NCBI GenBank assembly: GCA_004431415.1
Contig: QPMI01000182.1
Span: 62,001-126,000, forward strand
Source: Cyanophora paradoxa CCMP329
Taxonomy: Eukaryota; Plantae; Glaucophyta
DNA length: 64,000 nt
Direction of reading: 5' to 3'
In this document: piece after piece, positions 34,623-43,636 of the stretch
How the letters are laid out: every line of letters begins with the position of its first letter
How positions within the stretch are numbered: the stretch's first letter is position 1
Translations under genes and position numbers: made by a program
Notes under the pieces: generated by a model
Seen by the model: only the letters and a program-made list of their open reading frames with translations
Databases searched by the model: none
Told to the model about the DNA's origin: nothing

Positions 34623-36952
34623 TCATACGGCATGTAATCCAGTGCCCACGACTTCGTGGAGCACCGGGGTGGTGCCTGGGGCACGTCGCGGTCCGGAGAA
34701 CCGAACGGCCCGAAATAGGCGGGCTTCGAGGTGTCGCTGGCGTAGGCGCGGAGCCCTGGCCAGGGTCGGAGCTCGGGGCGGACTCGGAGTCCGTGTCGAG
34801 CCGCTCGGCGTCGCTCTCCCCAAGCTCGGACTCCCCGGAGCCGTCCTCGCTGGCCGGGTTGGCGCAGCGGAGGTCCCGCTCGAACGCAGCCTCGCGAGTG
34901 GCATCGTCGAGGGCGCCAGCCGAGATGTCCGCCGCAGCGGCATCGAAGGCGGCCTGGTCGCGCGCCTTGGCGGCCATGGCGAGGGCGTCGGACGGCTGGC
35001 GGACCGCTGCAACGGCCGCAGCCTCGTCCGAGTCGGAATCCGTGCCCACGGGCATCACATGTACAGACAGCGACCGAATGGACGGGCCGCCCGGAGGGGC
35101 GCCGGCGTTCGGGTTGCCGCCTGCAGACGAGGAGCTGGCGCCACGCGCGCTCTCGTGCAGGGCGGCCTGCTGCTGCATCACTTGCAGGTGCTGGAAGAAT
35201 GCAGCCATGGCGGCCGAGTTCGGCGAGTCAGAGCGGGGCTCGTTCTCGGCGCGAACTTGGTTGAACCGGGGCCGCTGCCCGCGGTTCATGTCCTGGCCGT
35301 AGCCCCGGCCGCGTCCGCCGCGGCCCTGTGACTCAGCGTCCGGGCAGTCCCGGCGGATGTGGTCCAGAGACCCGCAGGTCCAGCAGCCCGGCTCACGGTC
35401 GTCCTGGGCGCTCTTCTCCTTGCCCTTCCCAGCGGGCGCTGGTTCGGGCCGGAGGCAGGGGCGCGGGTGGCGCCGCCCGGCTGTAGCCGCCGCCGCGGTC
35501 CGGCCGAAGCCGCCGCGGTCGTTGCGGTAGCCGCCGCGGGCGTACGGCTCCTGGCGGTGCCCGCCGCGGTGCGAGAACCCGCCGCGGGTCGGGCCGGGCT
35601 CGCTGCGCTCATCGGCGGCATCCTCCTCGCGCGCCGGCCGATCGCGGCGCCGCGCGCGCTTATCCGCAATCCCTTTCACCCACTCGGAGTATGGGATATT
35701 GGGGAAGGGGGCCGTGCCCCACACGCAGTTCCACGTAAAGTGGCAGCGGTCGAGGGCCGGCATCTCCACGTGCATGCACAGGGGGCATGGGGACGTGGTC
35801 GTGCTCGGGTACCCCAGGCGCTCCTCGTCGGGGTGCCGGCGACCCGCGACGGCGCGCCCTGCGGAGCCTTCGTGCCCGGGGCCGCATTGACGGACTTGAC
35901 GGGCACGGCCTCGATGGGCTCGTCGCCGTCGTCGTCGCTGGCGGCGGCCGCTACCGGCGCCAGCTTGCGCACGCGGGCTTCTTAGCCTCCGGCGCCTCGA
36001 GTGCGGCCGTGGCCGTGGGGGGCAGCACGGTGCGGCAGCCGTGCGTCTTGCACGCTGCGACGAAGATTTCGTCGAGCTGGAGCGGCGACAGGGCGCCGTC
36101 CTGTGCAAGGATGCGCTGCTGCAGCGCGGCGAGGAACGCGCGCAGAGTGCGCTCGTTCGCCTGGGCGAACCCGGCCATCCGAACATCGAGGTTCTGATAT
36201 TCCGGGTCCTCGCTCGTCGAGCGGGCCTCGAGCGCAGTGCGCAGACACTCCGCATAGTACACGGCGAGGCGCTGGCCCTGGGGCAGCGTGTGCTGCACTA
36301 GGGGCATGAACCAGTCATGCCATGAGCGCGGGTCCTCGCCCGTGTAGGGCTCAGTGAGAGCCCGGCGGGCCGCGTGCGGGCGCGTCTCATGAATCCATGC
36401 CGTGATCGTTGCGAGGAGCCCGGGGGCACGCAAGTACGAGTCACGCACGGCCACGATAGTGGCATGATCGCGCGCGCAGCTCTGCTGCAGCGCCAAGATT
36501 GCAGCCTCATCCTCGGCAGTCCGCAGATCAGCCGGGACAAGTCCGAGACGAGCGAGCAGGGCGCGGTCACGCTCCAGGCCAGCAATAGAGGCCTCATAGA
36601 GGTCGCGCTTACGCTCAATCTCGGCGCGGAGGGCGCCGGGGCGGATGCGCCCGACGATCACTCCGGCAAGCGCCTCAGACTTAGTATACTCCTGGCCGCC
36701 GGCAGTGTCCGGGCCAAAGAGATACTTCGTCGGCTGAGCCGACTGGAAGTTCCGGACATCCTTCCGGAACCGGTCACCGTCGGCGAGGCGCGGCTTCGCG
36801 GGGAGGAAGGCGATCCGCGCGGGATCATCCTCCGCCGCAGCGGCGGTGCCAGCGAGCTGCACAGCAAGTTCGGCCTTCGCAGGCTCAACGTGCGCAAGTG
36901 CGGACAGCTGGCTACGGACTTCAGAACTGATCAGTTCAGAAGTGTTCGACAT
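34623..36952 (-). CDS. gag: Gag (element 2; frameshifted in this sequence)
   Basis: ATG at 36952 (MSNTSELISS) about 480 bp after the 5' LTR, helical region, CCHC knuckle CWTCGSLDHIRRDC (~35345-35386) and a second Cys/His cluster CPLC..CHFTWNC. Confidence 0.8.
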
Positions 36953-37403
36953 ATTGCTCTCTTTGCAGCGTATAGCCACGAGAACAGAATGCCAGGGCAC
37001 AAGATTTGAGCTGCAGCGCACTGCAGATCCGGGACACGGTCTTCTCGTGGCGTGCGAGAACCGACTCAGGGACACTCAGAGAACTGCCGCTGGCAGACTC
37101 CGGGGCACAGTGTGCGACGCGAAGCGTGCAACCGGCGAAGGGACACAGACAATGATTGAGACTCTCGCGAGAGCTCGTGCGTGCGCTTCGGTCTGGGGAT
37201 GCACCGAAGCCCGCGAGGGACACTAGAGTCACTTCCGAAGCACAATCAGCCCGCCCAGAGGCGACGCGGCCGAAGTGTGCAGCGTAGCACGCCACAAGTG
37301 GCGGTCGCCCGGAAAGCTCGTCCCAGATCTCTTTAAGCTTATGCGAGGCGGCGCGGCGAGGCGCGCGGCGCGGGCAGAGCCTGGAAGTCCAGCGACCCTT
37401 GAA

Positions 37404-37428
37404 GGTTCGATTCCGGCAGAATGGCGCC
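37404..37428 (-). other. Primer-binding site, 25 nt, complementary to a tRNA 3' end with tRNA-Sec-like geometry
   Basis: The + strand reads GG TTCGATT CCGG CAGAATGGC G CC immediately adjacent to the 5' LTR. Confidence 0.85.
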
Positions 37429-37711
37429 TGTCGCGTGCGAGATTAGTGTGTCTAATCGTGCGCGCGGGAAGCCCGTGCGGAGTGCAAGCTCGGCAGGGCG
37501 GGGTTTGGCGAGTGCTGCTGCTGTTAGCCACCGGGATGGTAGACTGAGGGTGTACCCGTCCAGCTACGGCGTACCCCGACACACGCATACAAGTGACCGC
37601 GGCGCTCTAACTAGCCTAGGCGCCGTCGATCTAGCAGCACGAAGGCTGCGCACATCATCTAGAACCCTAGCGGCTCACAAACGAGCATCCGCTATAATGT
37701 CGGATGCGACA
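37429..37711 (-). repeat. 5' LTR of element 2
   Basis: Direct repeat of 20834-21116. Confidence 0.97.
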
Positions 37712-38294
37712 ATGTGTTCAACGGTTCGACGTTTATGCACGAACTTGTAATTAAGTTGTAATTATATATTTTTTTTTGGTGAATTACCGGCCACAGTTTC
37801 TCGCCTCCGGCGGCGCTCACTTTGCGTACCCCCCCGCCGCCCTCTCGCTACCCCCCAAATCCCATTGGAGGCGATGGGCCCGGGGGACCGCATCGCCGAA
37901 TGGGGCCCGCGGGGACCCAGAGGGTTGCGGGGGTTGCGGGGGGGCGCGGGGACGAGGGCCGGCCCGCGGGGGGGCGGAGGGGGGGAGAGGGGGCGGGCGG
38001 GTCCCTCTCGTCAGCGGGGCCGGGGGCGGGCCCTTGTGCTGAGCGAGGCCGGGGGGCGGCCCTTGTGCGTACCCGGGCCGGGAGGGGGCCCTTCTCGTCA
38101 GCGGGGCCGGGGGCGGTCCTTCTGGGCCCTTCTGGGGGTTTCCGCGCTTACAACCCCGTCCGTCGTACCCAGCGGTGTCAGCGGCGTGCGTGCGGCCCTG
38201 CTGGAGCCCTTCTAGAGCCCGAGCCCACCCCCTGCCGCCGCCGGGGTGCGAGAGAGGGGGGAGGGGGGCAATTTGTATTCAGACAGAGGAGCAA

Positions 38295-38588
38295 TCACAG
38301 GTCGCTAAAGTCGCCGCCCCGAGCATCCACCCGGCCTGACATCAGAGAGATAGGGAGCCGCTCGGCATACCAGGTGCCTAGCATAGCATCGATCAGGGGC
38401 AGTATCTCCTGTGAGAGGTTCGAGTAGACGTACTGTAGGTTCTGGTGGACGCTCCTGCCCACCGGATCCTTAGCCCATGCGATCGGGGCCGCTGCATTCC
38501 ATACACTCGTGACCAGCAGATCCAGGCGCTCCAGCAAGTGCCGGTGCTCGGCGTCCGTCAGTTGGCGCGGGGCATGGATGGGAGGCAT
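38295..38588 (-). CDS. Orphan 97-aa helical protein inside the 3.9-kb element
   Basis: ATG-initiated, non-low-complexity ORF lying between two copies of the 26-bp motif. Confidence 0.55.
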   Translation of the reverse strand: MPPIHAPRQLTDAEHRHLLERLDLLVTSVWNAAAPIAWAKDPVGRSVHQNLQYVYSNLSQEILPLIDAMLGTWYAERLPISLMSGRVDARGGDFSDL

Positions 38589-38796
38589 TGGCTCACACGA
38601 AATGGGGCGTATTACGTAGCGCGCAGGGGGAACGCACTTAAGGTCGGGCGGGCCCCTTTCCGGACTTGGCGGGTCGCGGCGGTCTTCCGGAGCCCCCCTC
38701 CTTGACCTGAGCCCTACCCCCTAGGCCCGAGCCCACCCCCTGCCGCCGACGAAGTGCGAGAGAAAGGGGCGCAAAAGGGCTCTGAATTCGATACAT

Positions 38797-39459
38797 CTAC
38801 AGGCGGCGGCGGCGGAGGCGGCTGCCCTCTACGGAGAGCGAGTCGGGGGTGCCAGCGGGGAAGGTGACGGAGGCCTTCCGCTTCTGCGACCACCAGCCCT
38901 TGAGCGCGCTCTTGGTGGGCGACGACTCCTTGAGCGCCTTCTTGCCCGCCTTGGCCGCCTTCCTGGCCACCTTCTTCGCCGCCTTCTCGTCCTCCGACTC
39001 GGGCTCCGAGTTCTCCGACTCGGGCTCCGACTCGGGCTCGGGCTCGGGCTCGGGCGACTCGATCTGTAGGGGTACGGGCTCAGAGGGGGGCACGAGGGTA
39101 GAGGCAAAGGGGCTCACCTCAGGGTCGGCCATGGGGGCGGGGGGCGAAGCGGGCGAAGCGGGCGGGCTGAGCTCCTTCTCCATCTTGACGACGATCGAGG
39201 CGGCCTCGGCGGCGGTCACGATGGCCTCGACCTCCTCGACGAGGGCGGGGCGCCTCCCGTCGACGAAGGCAAAGGTGGCCTGCCGCGCCTCCTCGGTCAT
39301 CTCGCCGAGCTCCTTCCTGACCGCTTCGATCGTCGCGGCCCGGTGGGGGCAGCGGAACTGGAGCCAGGCCATGTAGAGCTGTGCAGGGGCTCGCGTGAGA
39401 TGGAGGCAAGGGCTTGCGTGAGACAGAGGGAAACGGCGGACCTCGGCGTTCTCCTTCAT
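38797..39459 (-). CDS. Orphan protein: helical N-domain, Pro/Glu-rich linker, Lys/Arg-rich tail; probable 63-nt in-frame intron (39379-39441)
   Basis: Strong codon bias; GAG|GTCCGC...CTCAC...CACAG|CTC. Upstream are two CACGTG boxes and an AT-rich TATA-like patch (39562-39608). Confidence 0.7.
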   Translation of the reverse strand: MKENAEVRRFPLSHASPCLHLTRAPAQLYMAWLQFRCPHRAATIEAVRKELGEMTEEARQATFAFVDGRRPALVEEVEAIVTAAEAASIVVKMEKELSPPASPASPPAPMADPEVSPFASTLVPPSEPVPLQIESPEPEPEPESEPESENSEPESEDEKAAKKVARKAAKAGKKALKESSPTKSALKGWWSQKRKASVTFPAGTPDSLSVEGSRLRRRRL

Positions 39460-40044
39460 GTCGCAGGGCGGCTCCTTCTCGAAGGGAAACTCCGGATCGA
39501 TTCCGGGGCCGGAGGGGATAAGGGAGGCAGAGGAGGCAGAGGTCTTTCCGGGGTTCTGACCTATCTAAATAATCACGTACCCCCCTGCACGTGACTCACC
39601 TGCACGTGACCGTCCTTTTTCGGTCTCCGCCGGTTCGCGCGGGTCGGTGCGTGACGTCACTCCCCGTCACCGATCGGCAACCGGGGTACCGCTGCTGCTA
39701 CTTCGACGGGTCCGGTGGCGGTGTGCGGCACGAACCGTGACGGGGTGCGAGTTCGGCAGCCGTGACGCACGCGAGACCCTGCAAAATCGCGGGCGGTTAG
39801 TCTGTAGGGTGCGCGCGGCAGGGTAGCGACCTGTGCCGACCCCCCAACGTCAGTGCGGACCCGTACCCCCCCGGGTAATGGGGGGGCGTGAATGCGGAAT
39901 TCACCCACCCCGAGCCGCGAATCGCAAACCCTGGCCCTGTAGCGGGTGGTGCTCGCGAGCCTAATCCCGCTCGAATGTCGGCGGCGGCACGTGGTCAGGC
40001 AGGGGGTGCGATTGAATGGTGTACAGGCGACCTACCTAGGCGGC

Positions 40045-41118
40045 CTACTTGCCTACGAGCTCGAGGTTGAGCCACTGCGACGGTGGGTCCGCCTCCCTGT
40101 GCTCGCCTGGGATGATGCCGCCCGTCATCTCGTACCGCCCGCGGACCTTGGTCACCTCCTTGGCGGTCTCGGAGTTGCAGCCCTTGCAGAGGATCCGCAG
40201 CGTCTTCGGGTACGCCCGGTGGTAGTCCGCGAAGAGGGACGTAAGGAAGGGCGGGTCCGTTTCGACCACGACGGGCAGGAGCGGGTGCCACGTCTTCTCG
40301 CCGGGGCCGGGCGGGCGGGCGCGGATGCCGACGACCGCGCGCTCCCCCGTCGCCTCCTTGCGGGTCAGGCAGCGGCTACGGCAGAAGGCGAAGAGGATAT
40401 CCGTGAAGTACGCCGGGCCCATGTGGTCGACGTGGAAGGTCTCCTCGCCCTCCGCGGCACCGCAGCCCTCGCAGGTCAGGCGCGCCGCCGCGGACTTGCG
40501 GGCCCGGTAGAAGGCGCTGGTCTCGGGCTCGATGGCCTCCCGCATGAGCGCGTTCCAGCAGGCGGAGAGGATGGTCGGGTAGCGCGCCTCCGAGGCGTTC
40601 CAGTCGTTCCAGAAGTGGCACGTGCCGTCCTTGAGCTCGAACGCCAGCCGCACCGGCCCGTCTCCCTCCTCCCACTGCGGCCGCCTCGGGTTGCGGGGCG
40701 CGTCGCTGATCTGCCTCGCCGCCCACTTGGGGAGGCGGAAGGCCAGCAGGCGCTCGATCTCGCCCGCCCGGAGCCGCCGCGGGGCCGGGCCGTGGAACTC
40801 CGCGTAGACCGCCAGCGCCGTCCGCAGCGCCTCCGGGGGCATCCGCACCACCCTCACGGGCCGCTCCGTCCCCGCAAACGTCACCGTCACGAGGGGGCAG
40901 CGCTCGTCCCGCAGCATCCGCTCGCCCTCCGCGCGGACCTCGGCCAGCATCTCGCCCATCCGCTTGAGTGTCGGTCGCTCCGGCGGGTCGCGCATGGCGA
41001 TCTTGACCGGCACGCCCGGCAGGTGGCTCGTGCTGCGTCGCTTGGGCGGCGATTCGTCGTCGCTGAGGTCGATCGCCAGGCGCGCCGGGTGCCGCTTCGG
41101 GTCGGCGCCGCGCTTCAT
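40045..41118 (-). CDS. HNH-like (beta-beta-alpha metal) endonuclease, probably with a DUF3223/DCL-like N-terminal part
   Basis: CEGC..FHVDH....F.DI...F.....F.DYH.....LRILCKGCN preceded by MREAIEP...F. Likely start is MKRG at 41118, ~55 bp below an ATAAATA box (track ORF starts at 41187). Confidence 0.75.
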   Translation of the reverse strand: MKRGADPKRHPARLAIDLSDDESPPKRRSTSHLPGVPVKIAMRDPPERPTLKRMGEMLAEVRAEGERMLRDERCPLVTVTFAGTERPVRVVRMPPEALRTALAVYAEFHGPAPRRLRAGEIERLLAFRLPKWAARQISDAPRNPRRPQWEEGDGPVRLAFELKDGTCHFWNDWNASEARYPTILSACWNALMREAIEPETSAFYRARKSAAARLTCEGCGAAEGEETFHVDHMGPAYFTDILFAFCRSRCLTRKEATGERAVVGIRARPPGPGEKTWHPLLPVVVETDPPFLTSLFADYHRAYPKTLRILCKGCNSETAKEVTKVRGRYEMTGGIIPGEHREADPPSQWLNLELVGK

Positions 41119-42345
41119 TTTGGGTCTCGCCGAGTCCTCGGAGTGCCGCGAATGGGCCCGCGAACCCCTATTTATGCTGCCGTCCATCCTCCCAGGACCC
41201 TCGGGCCGGGGCTCCTAGTACCCTCGGAATCCGATGTTAGGATCCCAACGCGTTTTTTTCGGATCCGAGCCCAATCCTCCTCGCACCTCGGCGGCGGCAG
41301 GGGGTACCCCCCAATCAGCCCGGCCCCGCTCCAGACAGCGGCCGTACCCCCCCCCCCCAGGCCGCCGCGCCCCCCGTGACCTCCGTGAATCCGTGACGCG
41401 TGTGCCCCCTCGCTGCCCTTCCGGAGTCGACCGCCGCCCGTACCCATCCGCGCGGGCGAAAGGGGGTACGCGCCGACCTAGGGGGGTACGCCGGCCTCGC
41501 TGCAGCCCTACCCCCCGCCCCCCGCCCTCCCATCGGGTCTCCGCGGGGTCCATTCGCGAGAGGGGGGGTACGGGCCATCGCCGCCAATGGGGGCCTAGCG
41601 GGGGGGAAGAGGGGCGGGGGGGTACACGCAAAGTGACCCGCCCGCGAGGGCAGAAGTCTCTAGAAGTTGTAATTATATAAGTTGACGATGACTTAACGTT
41701 CAACCGTTGTAAGTTAACTTGTAATTATAAGTTGTAACTTGTAACCCGGTACTGGACTGAGTGACCGTCTGGACCTACTGGCCATGGTGTACCGTTGAAG
41801 ACTACTACTGGCTACTCAGTGACTACTAAAAGTACAGTACGGTATAACTTGGCATTAAGTTGGCAACTGCCAGGCTGGCAAGTTGATGTACTGTACCGTA
41901 GAACAACGTTAACGTTAACGGCGCGCATGCGCATGCGGCTGCCCGGTGCCATGCGCTGCGTGATGCGCAACGCCCGCGGCCCCGGGCCCCGACGTCGACG
42001 TGTACGAATCGGCGACGATCGGCGACGATTCGGCGTCGATTTAAGCTGCAATTGACAATTCGGCGTTCATGATCACGCATATGCGCGTCGACGTCCGACG
42101 GTCGCGATCGACCGTCGACTCGGCGTCGAGTTACTGAGTCGGCCGCGGGCGTCGAGTCGCCGTCCGACGGTCGACTCCCGGTCCGGACTCCGGAGTCCGG
42201 ACTCCGGAGTCCCGGAGTCCAGAGTCCAGAGTCAGAGTCGAGTCGGAGACTCGGAGTCGCCGAGTCGAGTCGGAGACTACTGTCACTAAGTACTACCGGT
42301 CCAGTAGTAGTACCGGACCAGTACCGGTAAGTAGTACTCTAGCTA

Positions 42346-42607
42346 TACCGTGTAACACTTAATTAATGCGCCAGTAATTAATGCGTTTTTGGACCCCGAC
42401 CCCGATTATGGCTATTAATGCGGCACCGAATTAATGCGTTTTGCAGCTTTTTGGCTGCGTCAGGGGGGTACGTATGTGTACAAACCGCAGTTTTCTTAGC
42501 GTATCAATATTAATGCGGTTCCAAATTAATGCGTTTTGTCACCAAAAAACGCATTAATTTGGGACCGCATTACTTAAGTGCGCGCATTACTTAAGTGTTA
42601 CACGGTA
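42346..42607. mobile_element. Tc1/mariner(pogo)-type MITE, TA target duplication
   Basis: TA-CCGTGTAACACTTAA(T/G)TAATGCG inverted at both ends; repeated internal TTAATGCG motifs. Confidence 0.85.
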
Positions 42608-43108
42608 GTCGGAGTCGAGTCGTGCTGACTGAGCCTGACTCCTGCTGCCGCAGTGCAGACTCTCACTGCAGAGTCCACGGTCCTGCACCGTGCAGCGGCG
42701 TGCACGTGGTCCGTGGATGCCGACGATCATGCCGTCAATAATTGCAATATCATACTTCCTGTCCGTGGCAATCCTGTCCACTATCATTACCACCAATGAA
42801 GTCATCATGGCATAATAGTATCATCATATTATTAGTATGTCCACTATCATGGCGTCACGCCGTCAGCTGCAGCCTGCAGGCTGCAGCCTGCTGCCAGCTG
42901 CAGGCTGCAGGCTGCAGCTGCAGGCTGCAGCGCTAGCGTCCGACGGACTCCGGGACCGGCGACCGTCGGACGGTCCAGTATTTTCCTGTTACCGTAGTAC
43001 GCAGTGGCACCCCGCTTTATATGTACAACACGCCGGCCCGTCGCCGGGCCCCGTAGTACACGGCCCGGCGGTATCGAACATATATATTATGATATAACGT
43101 ACTTTAGC

Positions 43109-43330
43109 TACGGTTAAACACGTACTTATATTTTTATTAATGCGCAAGAAATTAATGCGTTTTTGGACCCGAACCCCTTATGGACCGAATTAATGCGTTA
43201 CAGGGATATACTGTCATATACAGCATTTTCTTAGCGTTTCGATATTATAATATAATGCGGTCCCAAATCAATGCGTTTGATCGACAGCAAAAACCGCATA
43301 TGCATTAATTTTGGACCGCATAACTTCAAG
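43109..43330. mobile_element. Diverged copy of the same MITE family
   Basis: Shares ATTAATGCGTTTTTGGACCC, TTTTCTTAGCGT and GCATTAATTT.GGACCGCAT with 42346-42607; termini eroded. Confidence 0.7.
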
Positions 43331-43636
43331 GCTTAGCTTATCTTAAGCGGCGGCTAATTATAAGCTTGAACTTCAACAGCCTTGATCATGAAGGCGAGTT
43401 GCCAAGTTGAAGCCTTGAACTTCGGAATCTGGAAGTTCGGGTTCTGAGTTCGGAATTCGAAGCCGGCGCCAACCGTTGAGCCGCGGCAAGGTTAACTGGA
43501 GTCTGGAGCTAGCGCTGGGCAAGCCCGCGCCGCGGACCGGAGGCCGATCGCGAGAGCTTTAAATTTGTGCGCATACATTTACCGTAATTTACGTAGCTAC
43601 TTACACACGCGGCACGCGCGCCGGCGCCGCAGCAGG

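Larger units (their letters stand above)
20834..37711 (-). mobile_element. Complete 16.9-kb Ty3/Gypsy LTR retrotransposon (element 2)
   Basis: Two 283-bp LTRs identical by eye, TG..CA ends, 5-bp TSD ATGTG (20829-20833, 37712-37716), PBS, PPT, domain order Gag-PR-RT-RH-IN. Confidence 0.97.
37769..41663 (-). mobile_element. Unclassified 3.9-kb insertion with imperfect terminal inverted repeats, an HNH-like nuclease and two orphan ORFs
   Basis: Flanked by the direct repeat AAGTTGTAATTATATA (37753-37768, 41664-41679). T9 at the left end. Inverted arms ~37798-37935 and ~41520-41656 share TCACTTTGCG, CCCATTGG.GGCGATGG and CGAATGG..CCCGCGG.GACCC. GC-rich block within AT-rich flanks. Confidence 0.78.

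Noticed and set aside
37401-37428. tRNA gene
   Set aside because: Only the 3' 25 nt are tRNA-like; no D or anticodon arms. Interpreted as the PBS.
37995-38115. Two CTGACGA hammerhead-like cores on the - strand
   Set aside because: No GAAA or closing stems follow; part of a GC-rich local repeat.
39790-39810. Group I intron R-element-like ACAGACTAA on the - strand near the HNH ORF
   Set aside because: No matching downstream S element (TAGTC) and no host exon context.
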